Virus record (IMG/VR): IMGVR_UViG_3300025513_000519
Span: 1 to 61,046 of that record
Strand: one strand, 5' to 3'
Source: a virus
Lineage: Duplodnaviria; Caudoviricetes
Length of the DNA stretch: 61,046 bases
The first letter of the stretch is position 1, and each line of letters begins with the position of its first letter. The notes under the pieces were generated by a model. The model saw nothing but the letters and a program-made list of their open reading frames with translations. It ran no database searches and was not told the DNA's origin. Of this stretch, positions 40,001 through 49,859 are shown piece after piece. A program made the position numbers and the translations under genes.

Positions 40001-43000
40001 ACTCTGACTGAGCAGTGTCGTAACGGAATTGTTCGCTGTATACTAGTCTATCATTTAATTCTTCAAAGATATAAACTACACCTGTGTCTAGTTTGATATT
40101 TCTAAAATTAGTGAATCCGTTGTCAAATGTTACGTCACCGTTGTCAAAAGTAGTTGGTATTCTTTGATCGCCATTTAGACTCGAAACTGCTAAATTATCT
40201 TCGCCAAAACTAATATCATATCCAAACTGTTCGCTTTCTTCGTTGTTTGGAGGAGTTAATGTTTGACTTAGTACAAACTCTCCATCAACTTGTGTATAAA
40301 CATAAACCTGTCCTTGATCAGTTTTAGCAGTATCGTCAAGCGGAGCACTGATAGCAAACTGTGTGCCAGCTGGATTAATAGTGATCTTTCTAGCCCAGTT
40401 GATAGTGTTTTGTAGCTGCGGTGCGTCAATAATTTGATCTAGCAGATACTTGTCGTCCGTTTCTCTGTAGATCAACACTTTGGTTTCGCTAGTGCTGCTG
40501 GCATCGACTAATTCAGCAGTTACTACAATTACCTGTGCGTCACCACTTACATCATACGCATTGCTAAACTGAGCAATATTTGTAACTGGGTCAAACACTG
40601 CTTCATCATAAGATGCTATATCTGTTAGGTTTGGCAGATATCCTACATAATCAATTAGATCAGTTATCTCTGCCCACACAGTTGTTGAGAACGGTTCGTT
40701 GGCAGCTATGTTAGTTGTAGCTCTGTAGAATTTGTTGTTGAATCGTACAATGCTACCTACTGCGTAACCATAGCTGTTGTCCCAGTCTCCTCTGTAGTCA
40801 GTGTCCTTGCCTCTGCGCCAGCTGATATTGTTCCAATAAATAGGATCCTGTATTCTGTTTTCAGTTTCTGACATATTTTTAAGAGCAACGTAATAGTCAT
40901 CTCTATAAATTACAATATCGCCTTCTGAATACGCAGTAATCTGATATTCGCCACGGAAGCGATCAGTAGGTTTGACGCCATGACGGAATATTTCTATACT
41001 GCCTGGATGTTCTCTTCTCTCTGTTGAGTCATCTCCAGGAAGCACAACACTATTGCTTGAAACAAACAGTGTGTAGTAGTTGTCAACCTGTTTAATTTTA
41101 ACTGATTTGCCGAATCCTCTGTTGGCTGTTCTGTACTCGCTTACAAACAGTTTTTGGAATCTATATCTTCCGTCTGGTAATTTACGGAATATTGCTACAG
41201 CGCCTTCACCGTTGGGGCCTGCTGTTCCAAATTCATCAGCTGAAATGTGATATACCTGTGTATAATCTTTGTTTAGACTGAACGGTGGGTTTGGTAATCT
41301 TTGTACACCTTGTTCTATTATTTCGTTAAAGAAGAAATACTCTTCATCTACCACTGGCGGTATTTCATTCCATGCTCTAGTATCGTTAAAATCTGAACTG
41401 TGTTCAAATACTATTAATTTTCCAACTTCATTTGTTCCGACAGCGATATCATTTCCTGGATCGTTCACAGTTCCGATAACACGGTCAACATCGCCCGGGC
41501 CTCTAATTATATTGTTGGCGTTGCGTCTTATTTCGTAACGTCCAATATTATTTTGTTGTAACCATGAGCCCGATAATACTTTTACATAAACTCTTACACT
41601 ATTAAAATTACGTTTCATATACATAATTTCTGCACTACTGGTTGTTGTAGTTGTAAGTGCTAGGCCGCCTGCGCCATCTCTCGGAGTTTGTACATCTTCA
41701 ATAATGTCTCCTACTTGCGGCTCGAAAGGAAATCCACCAAAGTCAAATCTAGTAAATTCAAAATCAATATATCCGTCCCATAGATCATATATAGTCTGTG
41801 TTTTATTAGTTACAGAATAGTTTCCAGTAATTCCAGCAGTTTCTAATGCATCGGTCAAATCTCTATTGTCTAGGTCGTACACACGGAATTCAAAGCTGTC
41901 TCCTGTAGACAATGTGTCAGTAAATAATTTACCTGCTCTTACAACCCAAAGGTCACTAGGAATTTGTTGTTCTGTACCGTTAACACCGTCAGCGCCTGCT
42001 GGGTCGCCACGGTATGACAATTGAGTAATAACGCTTACTCTATTTCGATTGAGAACATAGTTACCAATTGTAACTATTGTGTCTTGAATATTGTAATAAG
42101 AATTTAACGATCTATTAGAATCTTGTAGACGAATGTCAGCATACACTAAGCCTCGGCCTATATCATAGTAACGTCCATTATTAGAATAACTAGGGGTTTC
42201 GATATACCAAAAACCTGCTACTGCATCGGTTGTACTGAATGTATTCTCTTCTGTATAAAATCCTACAAAGTCTACATCTTCAATAAACAATTCGCCTGTG
42301 ATATCAAACGTACCGTTGGTATCTTTTAGATACAATACAGTACTGTCTCTGCGGGTGCCTACATAAGCAACTTCGGCTTGGCCAGTATCTGTTGTAACTG
42401 TATCTCCTACGCCAGGCAGGGTAATAAAAGTCTCTATGAAAAATACATGATCAATCTTTTCTATGATTTCATGATCTTGCTGTAAAAATTCAGGAGTTAT
42501 CTGTGGTATTTCGCCGTCAAATGGCAGGAATACATCCAGTGTTGGATATGCAAAGCTGCGTCTGTTCCAAAATAGATTTACGACATCACCAGCTTTTGTA
42601 CCTAGATACGTGTCTCGAGGAGCTCTTACTAGTAGGTGATCTACTGTGTTGCCTTCTAGACCAGGGTCGCCTGCAACTAGCAGAGTTAAGCTAGTTGAGT
42701 CCGCATCTGCGCTGCTGGCTATATTAATGTAATTGTCAAATGTGCTGAATGGCTGTGTTGTGATTTGTGGTAGAATTTCTCTATTTGCTTTCCAGAGGCT
42801 GTCGCGGTCTTTGACTATATCATTTTTATTGTAGGCAGCATCAGCATCAAAGTCGCCTTTGAATCTTGTGTTAACTCCGCTGGCTGTTGGCAATCCTACT
42901 ACTAGATATTCGCCGTCTTCAGTTACATCTAAACTAGAAGCAAATCCACTATCTGAAACTGTGAATAAATCACCGTCGTCTAATACCAATTCTTGGTCTA

Positions 43001-46000
43001 TATTAAAATTAAATGTTTCTTTGGTTCTGCGATAGTAAAAAATCTTGCCGTTGCCGTCGCCTGGGGCTGCTACAAATAAATTGTTGTTGTCAGGAGTAGC
43101 TGCTATGTTGGTGCCGAAATCTTGTACAGTGCTGTCAAATTCAGAAAGATTTACAAGTGTCTGACGGTTTACGTAAACAGGATCGTTTTCTAAAACTGAC
43201 CAGTCTCCATTATAATTGTCGACCCACACACGCTGTTGGTTGTACAATTTTTCTTGTGCTAGCTGTGCTAATTCATCTAAATCGTCAACTCTTACACTTC
43301 TTAATTTAGTCAGTATATAACTCTGTGTAGCAAAAGGAACAATTTCATTATCTTCAGGAACCTGTATTTTAACTTCTTCTAGGCTTACGCTGTCTACTTT
43401 GTAGATGCTGTTTATGTTAAATTCTTGTGCTGATCTAACACCTACAAGATCGCCAGCCTGTACATGATCCTTGGCCCATTTGTCTAGATAGAGACTGCGT
43501 AAAGGTATCCCTTCGCTGTTAAGTTCTTGACGATCTTCTAGTTCAATTACGTTAGCATTGGTTGACACATGTTGGTATACGTCCCAGGGTGTAGCATTTA
43601 CTTCAGTGACCCATACATATTCGCCGAGTCCCAGTTGATTCACATCACCTGTGTTAAGTTCGTCAGTGGTGCCTGCTATAAATGTAACATCTTCTTCGTT
43701 GACATAGCCTGCTGAACGTATGTATTCGTCAACTAACGGTTTAGTTGGGAAAGGTGTGTGATCATAATCTGCAGGGCGATCATACATTTCAAAAGGCAGT
43801 ATACGATAAATTTTATCAAAGTTAACAGCAGGTATACTGTTCACAAGTTCTACTGATTGCGGTGATTCTTGAATTTTGTCCTGCTTGAGATTGATTTCTA
43901 TTTGCTGAATATTATCCACAGCACCATATCTGCCGACCTGTAGTGCCCATTCTTCAAAGAATTCTAAGCTTTCTTCGCCAGCACTGCTGAGTTTGACAAA
44001 CATCTTGTCAAGAGCATTTTTAGTGCCTTTGTCTTGAATCATTCCTTGATAGAATTTGTATTGGCTTACATCGTCGTTGATAATGTTTGCTAGATACTGA
44101 CGCTTTTGATAACCAGTTAGGTGCTGTGCCATCTTTTGTAGTTCAGCATCAAATCCGTCTGTGTCGAGATCGTAGAAATCTGCGAACTGATTAATTCTGT
44201 AATCAAAGTTTGTGATCAGTTCAGCCTCTGGCTTTTCATTTAATCTAAACCAGAAGTTGCTGTTAAAATCTTTAGTGCCCGGAGCATTTTCTGTAGCCAC
44301 ATAGAAGAATTGCTTGTATTTTACTAGGCTACCGATGGCATAGTCTTTCCACTGTGTCCATTCTGTGGTTTTGGCATCATCAAACACAAATCCAGGAATG
44401 TTTAAGCTGCCGTTCCAACCGTCTGAACGATATCCTGCTACTTTAATTCTGTCTCTTCTATAACCAGTGCTGGGTTGATAAAGAACGTCGTTGAATATAG
44501 TAAGATTGTTGACCAATACAACATGCTCTTTTTGTACAAGAGGTAACGCAATAGAATACAGGCCTTCGTCTGTGCTAACTATTTCAAGACCGAAACTGTT
44601 TTCATCTCTTAGCAAACTTCCAAATTCTCTTGGAAGTGATTGTCCGTCTGATTGAAGTAAGCTGTAGTTATAAAAATCATCATAGATATCATCAACTACT
44701 ACAAATTCTCTTTGGAAGAAGAATCTGTTGGCAGCAGGAGAAAGTGTAATAACAGTGCCACTGGCCCAACCCTGTGTGGTCCAGAATAAGAATTCTCTAG
44801 CGGCGGCATTCCAGTTGTTTACACGACCTTCAGATTCTACAAAATTAAAATCAAATCCAAGGTCATTTAATCTTGCGCCATATCCTAATAGGAAATCAAC
44901 TACGTCTTGACTGGTTCTCAGTACTGTGCCGTAAGGTATAGAAAGAGGTTTTCTTGATTCAAAGTTTTTCTTAAACTCAGCAGTTTTTCCTCCTACTATC
45001 GGAAGAGCAGGCAGTCTTGCTAGATTGTCTGTATTAAAAGTGTCACCCGAAGTAAAGGTTGCTGTTGCTCTATAGAATGTATTATTGAATTGTACAACTT
45101 GACCTTCTTGATATCTTTTGTCGTTTTCCCATTCTGCTGCTGTTTCTGATATACCACCCACAGTGACCGCTGTGCTGCTGGTTCCTGCTTGTGGAGCATA
45201 GTAATCGAAGAATGATGCGTCGTTGTTATAACCTCTAACAATAAATCCGTTGGCTACTTTTTCAACGGCCACACCACTGTACACTGCCAGTTCAATAGGC
45301 GAGCTGGTATTGAAGAATATTTGATAATTTTCTTGTGGGACAAAGATGCCGCCTTCAAAATTAGCACTGGGTGATCTGCTTTCTAGTATTAGGTTTAATT
45401 TTTGAGTATCGCTAAATCCTGCTAGTTTAAATCCTAGTTGATTTATTAGCGTTGTTAACTGTGTTTGATAATCACTGTATACTGCTAGTACATCGCTGGC
45501 TACTAGATTGTAGATGTAGTTTACAAATCCGGCAGTGAGTATTCTTTCGTCGTCAGCAAATGTGTTAGGGAATACTATGTCTGTGTTTGAGATAGGCTTG
45601 CTAGATTGTTGATAAACTTTTTGGCCGGCTAGGTTTCTTGATATTCTGCTTACGTCAAATCCTGCGCCCATTGTTTGTGCAGGCTTGTTTAACAACATAC
45701 TGGTAATTAACGCAAACGGATATTGTGAACTTCTACGCCATGCTGTTTCTACAGGTGCTTCGTCGCCGAAGTTAAAGTTGCCAGTGCTCAATCTCAACAC
45801 AAAATTCTTAACATAGCCGGAGCGTAGGGGAGATTTTAAATTGCCTTGATTGTCTGCTGGGATAAAGTTGGCCAGGCCGGCACGAACAAATTTATCCTTT
45901 ACTTGTATTTCTTTACCAGGTTCTCTTACAATGCCCTGCTCTAGGTCTCTCCAAAGTATAAGGTTATCGCTGGTATATGGTGCTGGACCATAAACTGTGT

Positions 46001-49000
46001 TCCACCATGTTGGCTTGATTGTGAATCCCAACATTTCCCATGGATGTGAGTGAGGACGATCTGTGTCATACGCACGCTTGTACACACCTCTCCAAAATCC
46101 TGGTGCTAGTTCTCCTTGTGGATTGTTAGCATTTGAATAGTTGAATGTAAATTCGTTTAGACGATCGTAGAAGAAATTGTCAGTGTAATCGTTGTCAACC
46201 AGTTTTAACCATTGTGTAAATTCTGTTAACAGACTTCTGTTTAGTTCTGTTCTAGTAAATTCACTAGATCTAAAATCGCCGCCTGCAAATCCGTAGACGT
46301 CAGTTATATCTTCTGACCATTCAACTTTGATGTTGTTGAATATTCTTTTTTCTAGTTCTAAAAGTAGCTCGTCTCTATAGTCTAGGTATGCTCTAATATA
46401 GCTGCCGTCGTGACCTCTTACAAAAGGTATGCCCACAGGATACGCATCTATTTCAATATTGTCTTGGCCACCACGAGTGTTTTCTGCTGATGCTGCCATG
46501 TACAGTGTTCTGTTTAGACCTTTGAACTGTAGAGATTCAATTGTGCCTGTGCCTCCCAGAGCTGTGTCTGCTGCTCTAGCTGCTGAACGTGAAGTGTATA
46601 CTGGATAGAACCATCCTCTGGCTCCTAGCAGCGGATGACCGTCGACTATAGAACCGTAGATTTTATATGGGCCTTCTGAAGCGGGCTCGTCAGTTTGGAA
46701 AGTATCATCAATAGTTAATTCAGGTTCGTACTTTGGATACAATCCCAACTTGCTAGGTGTTGGGGCAACAAAGCCGCCATCTGTTGTAGCATATTCTACT
46801 ATTTCAATAGTGTCGCCTTCTCGTTGATCAGCACTGATAAGAGCATATCCATCGGTGTTAAATGTATAATCTCTGTTGTGTGTTAGTTGACGACCATTGA
46901 GGTAAATCAGCGCACTTCTAGCACTGGGATCGCTTAGAGAAAATGTTCGGCTCAGAGCATAGAATGTTGATCTGGGATCTAATACTTCGTATTCGATTCT
47001 ATTGAACGGACCATAGCCTATCATATCTGAGAAATAGAAAGGCTGACTTTTGATCTTGTCCTTGTTCATTTCTGCTAGAACTCTGTCAACGTGTATTCTA
47101 GTTTCGCCGTCGAATCCCAGTGTTTCGGCAGTTTCTAAAAACACACGCTTGAACTTAGCATATTCATCTCTGCTGTATCTCAATGCCTTGACAATGTTGT
47201 AGTCTTTGGTGGTAAGGTGATACAAAGGTAGGTTGATTGGTCCGGTGTGCTTTACAAACTTTTTACCGTATCTGTCAATATCGCCAAGATCTCTGATGTT
47301 GCTGGTTCCTGGGAATACTCCGCTGAACTGATTCAGTTCTTCGACCATGCTGCTAACATGATCAATTACTTCGCCTAGTGTAAATTCAGTCACGTCTTGG
47401 TTCAGTGGATTGCGCTCAAGGTTATGAGGAAATTCATAATATCCGTTGACATTTTTAACTGTTGTGCTGCGAGTTTTTATTACAACTACGTCGCCTTCAT
47501 TGAGATCTTGATAAAATCTCACAAACGCTCTTGAATTAATTCTGTCGATTTCATAGTCTTGAAGTCTAACTTTTAAGCTGTTGTTAACCTGTACAATTAC
47601 CTTGAGATCATTTAGATCGCCTGCACGATCATAAACGTCTACTTCAAAACTGTTGACTGTTAGATCGTCGGCGATGTACTGTGTTACGACATACTGCTTG
47701 CTTAGAGCAGGCACACTTGACCATCCGTTAACCCAAGCAAAGTCAGTTCTGGTGCGATATCTTCTTAGGTTTGCTGTGTCTGTGGTAACTGTTTCTACAC
47801 CACTGTCAGTTTGTACTGTAAAACTGTCAGTAAGTAAATTGAAGTCAAACAGTATGTCACCGCTGTTTTCAATATTTCTATATGTTAGAGCAAAATCTAA
47901 TTCAGGATCAGTCGAGCCGGTGTCCTGTCTATAGCTGAATATTTTTGTCCCTCTAAATGTAGCACTGTCAAACACATCAGTATCTGCGAACTCGTTGCCC
48001 TGTGGACAGCATAGATCAAACAGCGGAGGTTGGTTGCGCTGTGTTTTTTCCTGTGCTATTTGCCAGTCTGTACCATTGTAGAAAAATGTTTGACCAGCAT
48101 ATCTATTACCCTGTGTAACAAACACTGTTTCGTTTTCTAAAGGATCAGTGTCCGCTGTTTCAACTAGACTAATCTGTCTGTTATTTCCTATTTCTATAAA
48201 GTTTACTTGATAGATTTTACCACGCACTAGTATGTCAGTATCTGCTATAAACAATACTCTCATACCATCAGCAATATCAACACCGTCTACGTTATATCCT
48301 AATTGACCTTCTATTGTACTAAACACATCTTGAGTAAATGTATCCACAAGATCAACATCACGTTTGGCTTCTGTACCAAAGTTGTACAGTTTAAGTCCTG
48401 CTTCAAATTCAATAATAGGACGCTTGGCTCTAGTTTCTTCGTCAATGTTAACTGGTAGATCGTTGCGCAGAAAACTAGTCTCAACAACACTTCTATGGAA
48501 CCAACGGTTGTAGCGACTCCACGCATTTCTATCACGTGCGGCTCTGTTGATTACTAGGTAATCTTTTTCAGCTGGGAAAGAACTAGCATTAGCAAATGGC
48601 AGTACATCAAACTGATCTGAATCAAAAGGTATTAATCTGTTTTCAGAATAAGCTGCTGGAATAATTAGATCAACGTCTTTGATCAAACGAATCTTGTCGC
48701 CAACACCTTCGACGTACCATTGATTCTGATTGTATTCAGCAGGAGTAACGTCACCAGTGAATTGTAATTTCATACCGTTTGACAGTTCTATTCCATCTGC
48801 GTTGCGATAGGTCTTCTTGCCTAGAATATCTGCTTCTACGTCGAGAAAAGTATTTTCTTCTACATCATAGATTCTTAACAGACCGCTGGTATCAATACTG
48901 TTTTTACTGATATAGTAAAGTCTTTCAGGTGAGTCGGCAGGTATTGTAAATTCAATAGTTCCACGTTCTACATAAACAGTAGCAACTTCTTCTCCATCTT

Positions 49001-49859
49001 CGCCTAGCTTGCGAATACCGTCTGGATACAGTGTGCTTACATTATCATCAGCTTCAAAGAAAACGCTGCCGCTGCTGGGAAGGATAATAAAGTCTCCCTG
49101 ATCGTATTCGTTGCCATAGAGAACGCCGTCAAAAAGTCCGTTAGCTCTTAGACCTTCTGATCCAGCAGTGAGAATAGCAGTGCCTGGTGTAAACGTTCTG
49201 CTGATCGAAAATGCAATAGGATGGCCTGGTGTGTCTATTTCAAATCTGTAGGTCTGTCCTCTGTACAGTTTAAGAGTTGGGTTTCTAGTAAACCCGTCAT
49301 TGAACACATAAGCAGTGTTGTCATCTTCTGTCACAGTGGTTACAGTGTAGGTGCTGACGATTTCTCTCTGTTGTCCTCTTAGAGGAATACTGAGAGGTCC
49401 GTTTGGTAGCCAGTAGTATTCACGGAAGTTTACAAATTTGTCCCAGTCTATGTGGGGATCCCAGGCATAGTATTCTTGGCTGTTTAGACGGTCGTGGTTG
49501 TCTGTGTTTGCTCCGAAGAAACGTAGAGATCCTAGATAGTCGTTATAATCTTTGTAGAAGGTAACATTATCCAGTGTGTCTTTGATTACAGCAGCTGGTT
49601 CAAACTGATAATTTTCTCTATCTGCACTTACATCACCGATATAGTTGTCGTCAGCTTTGCGAGCTTTGGCTGTTTTACGTCCTACAAATCCACTTAGCTT
49701 TTCTGCTACGCCAGGTTGTATCAGCTGATCGATTGTTCCTTGTAGAAACTTTCTGTTGGCTTCTGTTTTAAAAAACTTCGGTATTAGATCAGATGCTGTG
49801 CGCTTGTCATTGCCTGGTGTTGGTAGCGGACTTTCATTTTGATTATCGTTGTACGCCAT
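34071..49859 (-). CDS. Giant (5262 aa) baseplate/virion structural protein
   Basis: 15.8-kb uninterrupted ORF coupled (TAATG) to the gp6-like gene; CBM5/12-like, FG-GAP-like and GSGY repeat motifs. Confidence 0.85.
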   Translation of the reverse strand: MAYNDNQNESPLPTPGNDKRTASDLIPKFFKTEANRKFLQGTIDQLIQPGVAEKLSGFVGRKTAKARKADDNYIGDVSADRENYQFEPAAVIKDTLDNVTFYKDYNDYLGSLRFFGANTDNHDRLNSQEYYAWDPHIDWDKFVNFREYYWLPNGPLSIPLRGQQREIVSTYTVTTVTEDDNTAYVFNDGFTRNPTLKLYRGQTYRFEIDTPGHPIAFSISRTFTPGTAILTAGSEGLRANGLFDGVLYGNEYDQGDFIILPSSGSVFFEADDNVSTLYPDGIRKLGEDGEEVATVYVERGTIEFTIPADSPERLYYISKNSIDTSGLLRIYDVEENTFLDVEADILGKKTYRNADGIELSNGMKLQFTGDVTPAEYNQNQWYVEGVGDKIRLIKDVDLIIPAAYSENRLIPFDSDQFDVLPFANASSFPAEKDYLVINRAARDRNAWSRYNRWFHRSVVETSFLRNDLPVNIDEETRAKRPIIEFEAGLKLYNFGTEAKRDVDLVDTFTQDVFSTIEGQLGYNVDGVDIADGMRVLFIADTDILVRGKIYQVNFIEIGNNRQISLVETADTDPLENETVFVTQGNRYAGQTFFYNGTDWQIAQEKTQRNQPPLFDLCCPQGNEFADTDVFDSATFRGTKIFSYRQDTGSTDPELDFALTYRNIENSGDILFDFNLLTDSFTVQTDSGVETVTTDTANLRRYRTRTDFAWVNGWSSVPALSKQYVVTQYIADDLTVNSFEVDVYDRAGDLNDLKVIVQVNNSLKVRLQDYEIDRINSRAFVRFYQDLNEGDVVVIKTRSTTVKNVNGYYEFPHNLERNPLNQDVTEFTLGEVIDHVSSMVEELNQFSGVFPGTSNIRDLGDIDRYGKKFVKHTGPINLPLYHLTTKDYNIVKALRYSRDEYAKFKRVFLETAETLGFDGETRIHVDRVLAEMNKDKIKSQPFYFSDMIGYGPFNRIEYEVLDPRSTFYALSRTFSLSDPSARSALIYLNGRQLTHNRDYTFNTDGYALISADQREGDTIEIVEYATTDGGFVAPTPSKLGLYPKYEPELTIDDTFQTDEPASEGPYKIYGSIVDGHPLLGARGWFYPVYTSRSAARAADTALGGTGTIESLQFKGLNRTLYMAASAENTRGGQDNIEIDAYPVGIPFVRGHDGSYIRAYLDYRDELLLELEKRIFNNIKVEWSEDITDVYGFAGGDFRSSEFTRTELNRSLLTEFTQWLKLVDNDYTDNFFYDRLNEFTFNYSNANNPQGELAPGFWRGVYKRAYDTDRPHSHPWEMLGFTIKPTWWNTVYGPAPYTSDNLILWRDLEQGIVREPGKEIQVKDKFVRAGLANFIPADNQGNLKSPLRSGYVKNFVLRLSTGNFNFGDEAPVETAWRRSSQYPFALITSMLLNKPAQTMGAGFDVSRISRNLAGQKVYQQSSKPISNTDIVFPNTFADDERILTAGFVNYIYNLVASDVLAVYSDYQTQLTTLINQLGFKLAGFSDTQKLNLILESRSPSANFEGGIFVPQENYQIFFNTSSPIELAVYSGVAVEKVANGFIVRGYNNDASFFDYYAPQAGTSSTAVTVGGISETAAEWENDKRYQEGQVVQFNNTFYRATATFTSGDTFNTDNLARLPALPIVGGKTAEFKKNFESRKPLSIPYGTVLRTSQDVVDFLLGYGARLNDLGFDFNFVESEGRVNNWNAAAREFLFWTTQGWASGTVITLSPAANRFFFQREFVVVDDIYDDFYNYSLLQSDGQSLPREFGSLLRDENSFGLEIVSTDEGLYSIALPLVQKEHVVLVNNLTIFNDVLYQPSTGYRRDRIKVAGYRSDGWNGSLNIPGFVFDDAKTTEWTQWKDYAIGSLVKYKQFFYVATENAPGTKDFNSNFWFRLNEKPEAELITNFDYRINQFADFYDLDTDGFDAELQKMAQHLTGYQKRQYLANIINDDVSQYKFYQGMIQDKGTKNALDKMFVKLSSAGEESLEFFEEWALQVGRYGAVDNIQQIEINLKQDKIQESPQSVELVNSIPAVNFDKIYRILPFEMYDRPADYDHTPFPTKPLVDEYIRSAGYVNEEDVTFIAGTTDELNTGDVNQLGLGEYVWVTEVNATPWDVYQHVSTNANVIELEDRQELNSEGIPLRSLYLDKWAKDHVQAGDLVGVRSAQEFNINSIYKVDSVSLEEVKIQVPEDNEIVPFATQSYILTKLRSVRVDDLDELAQLAQEKLYNQQRVWVDNYNGDWSVLENDPVYVNRQTLVNLSEFDSTVQDFGTNIAATPDNNNLFVAAPGDGNGKIFYYRRTKETFNFNIDQELVLDDGDLFTVSDSGFASSLDVTEDGEYLVVGLPTASGVNTRFKGDFDADAAYNKNDIVKDRDSLWKANREILPQITTQPFSTFDNYINIASSADADSTSLTLLVAGDPGLEGNTVDHLLVRAPRDTYLGTKAGDVVNLFWNRRSFAYPTLDVFLPFDGEIPQITPEFLQQDHEIIEKIDHVFFIETFITLPGVGDTVTTDTGQAEVAYVGTRRDSTVLYLKDTNGTFDITGELFIEDVDFVGFYTEENTFSTTDAVAGFWYIETPSYSNNGRYYDIGRGLVYADIRLQDSNRSLNSYYNIQDTIVTIGNYVLNRNRVSVITQLSYRGDPAGADGVNGTEQQIPSDLWVVRAGKLFTDTLSTGDSFEFRVYDLDNRDLTDALETAGITGNYSVTNKTQTIYDLWDGYIDFEFTRFDFGGFPFEPQVGDIIEDVQTPRDGAGGLALTTTTTSSAEIMYMKRNFNSVRVYVKVLSGSWLQQNNIGRYEIRRNANNIIRGPGDVDRVIGTVNDPGNDIAVGTNEVGKLIVFEHSSDFNDTRAWNEIPPVVDEEYFFFNEIIEQGVQRLPNPPFSLNKDYTQVYHISADEFGTAGPNGEGAVAIFRKLPDGRYRFQKLFVSEYRTANRGFGKSVKIKQVDNYYTLFVSSNSVVLPGDDSTERREHPGSIEIFRHGVKPTDRFRGEYQITAYSEGDIVIYRDDYYVALKNMSETENRIQDPIYWNNISWRRGKDTDYRGDWDNSYGYAVGSIVRFNNKFYRATTNIAANEPFSTTVWAEITDLIDYVGYLPNLTDIASYDEAVFDPVTNIAQFSNAYDVSGDAQVIVVTAELVDASSTSETKVLIYRETDDKYLLDQIIDAPQLQNTINWARKITINPAGTQFAISAPLDDTAKTDQGQVYVYTQVDGEFVLSQTLTPPNNEESEQFGYDISFGEDNLAVSSLNGDQRIPTTFDNGDVTFDNGFTNFRNIKLDTGVVYIFEELNDRLVYSEQFRYDTAQSEFGEILLANANHVYVGVPSHSAGDSSKGIVVDYRKPKGDTAWNTLRSSVTPVDVSRIEGVFLYNKRTNQIVSYVDYVDPIQGKIPGIVEQELTYKIGFDPAAYNVGDLTDLTVDPSRYWAGEHVGQTWWNINTARFSFAYQGTTAFQKNEWNRLMPDATIDIYEWVESEYLPSQWNQLADTDEGIELGVSGTAPYVNSKYSARLTYDDIAQIFSTKYYYWVQNKRTIPSTRDRSISTFEMANLVARPREQGYRFVSFLSENKFVLNNFDNLVTSDDLVLNIRYNVGSQKLQNTHAQYRLMSDGLDRSRPDADIERKWFDSLIGVDTNNRPVPDPNIPIAKRYGIQNRPRQGMFVNRIEALKQTIERANLVLAENLVVDQYDIDRLFEKEPTPSTATKLYDLAVDTYSELRFVSTNKVTPARLSPVILNGRLIRVDIVDSGRGYKTAPSVDIVGTGVNADVELTINNLGQVVSAEVVNDGSGYNESTLVNTRRFSVLVNSDETLNGKWALYSWNDTANTWFRSSLQDFDVSIYWNYADWYASSFNQFTNIDYEIEGAYLLTSLDDLVGDIVKINNVGTGGWLLLEKVANEDTEDYTINYKTIGRQNGTVQFSDSLYDFSKNTVGFDNRSFDSWFYDNNPAKELRIILETLRDDILVTDLAVEYNQLFFASLRYILSEQQRVDWMFKSSFVNVKHNLGELEQKINFENNKLPSFEAYVEEVKPYSTKIREFISSYTSLDSTNSSVTDFDNAPYYDRLTKRIEASRAVIQDGVLVGANVLSESYPRKHWADNIGYSIKEIQIANPGSGYTSEPRIRFESSEGTGATAKAYLGYGRITEIKITNPGSGYITTPRVVIEGPQTDDGVVAAASAILGNGLVRTPSIRIKFDRTAGVYTFEDLAETETFSGTNINTVFNLEWPMDLDNRKVKISVNGVEQLRSQYTYSNVDYIPTAETLAKEFNYGDVNSAAGPGTQKITDGYSYQKGRITFTRPPANEATITVGYYRPLSMLSAEDRIKFAYTPVAGMLGNDLAQLMSGVDYGGVEVRGFDFGGPSGWDSQGWYTDTWDTFDNTFEDEVFIADGSTIAVELTNVLENGIVYNIYKNGVRLDDPDYDLGTPVNPTAITNSITGDGVTKIIDLDDRGISLLDGDILIVRKITSDGSVIPDPLSYDVALSGGDLSYQTAKGLNPEEIIVDGDGFVTPTTSSGPEELVPGQVLDTLDIKVYTRESGGQGTIYSQSYIMDASITQYALGTTPGNADSVFVKLDNEILADDEYTIDWTDNTVTILNPVDGVELNILTMGLGTQDIMDYGFFTSVEGQTDYKTSVEWVDTASVYVTVDGEAETVTLFEDDNRATFRFDTPTTADKTIYWVIFNTNTEINYSQVSKDTFVANGTDTQFELLSAPFYALPNEHNILVKVGNTILNAGYNKQFTISQLSEREFALETFQQPVGSLGVEDVSVFLNGVEIVSPVQWRLEIANSSIILADEVGAPGDFVEVYVITDGDYRISNKTVILNTAPTNSTTVEIYQFSNHNVLGIERINYDVVARTTLIPEDVQYVTYNRLTVGEIALRTPAVDAEYVWVAVNGELLTPSVDYYVTDDRTKVRLVRLPAANDVIDIIHFTMPVNAPRFAYRQFKDMLNRTHFKRLDTATTALAQPLNYYDLRIEVVDGTDLAEPNKGGNLPGIVWINSERIEYFVKEGNTLRQLRRGTLGTGTPVVHPAAEKLFDQNASKTVPYKDQTLVYNEQTTDNDIIKVTNTFVPGFTITDNNIEVFSSGTRLRKTSLDVFNATIALDSPKGDTIALKEFGVDPINEFIEKNNSYTIIDTEKYQLDPVLDTRTYKDDSGIIQPTIYTISAAGGSGLFAKFDVTLTNGVVSVSRATNRGFNYKVGDILTIPVSELYTSAQIAARNIQDIQLEVTDVYLDENGNSTALGTSTIPANETRITVVKKIGQTWTRLGESLSTAENSIARFLRAGTTELPE

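Noticed and set aside
34071-49859. Intein or homing endonuclease explaining the size of the giant ORF
   Set aside because: I recognised no intein splice-junction (C...HN) or LAGLIDADG/HNH motifs by eye. An HMM scan would be needed to exclude them fully.
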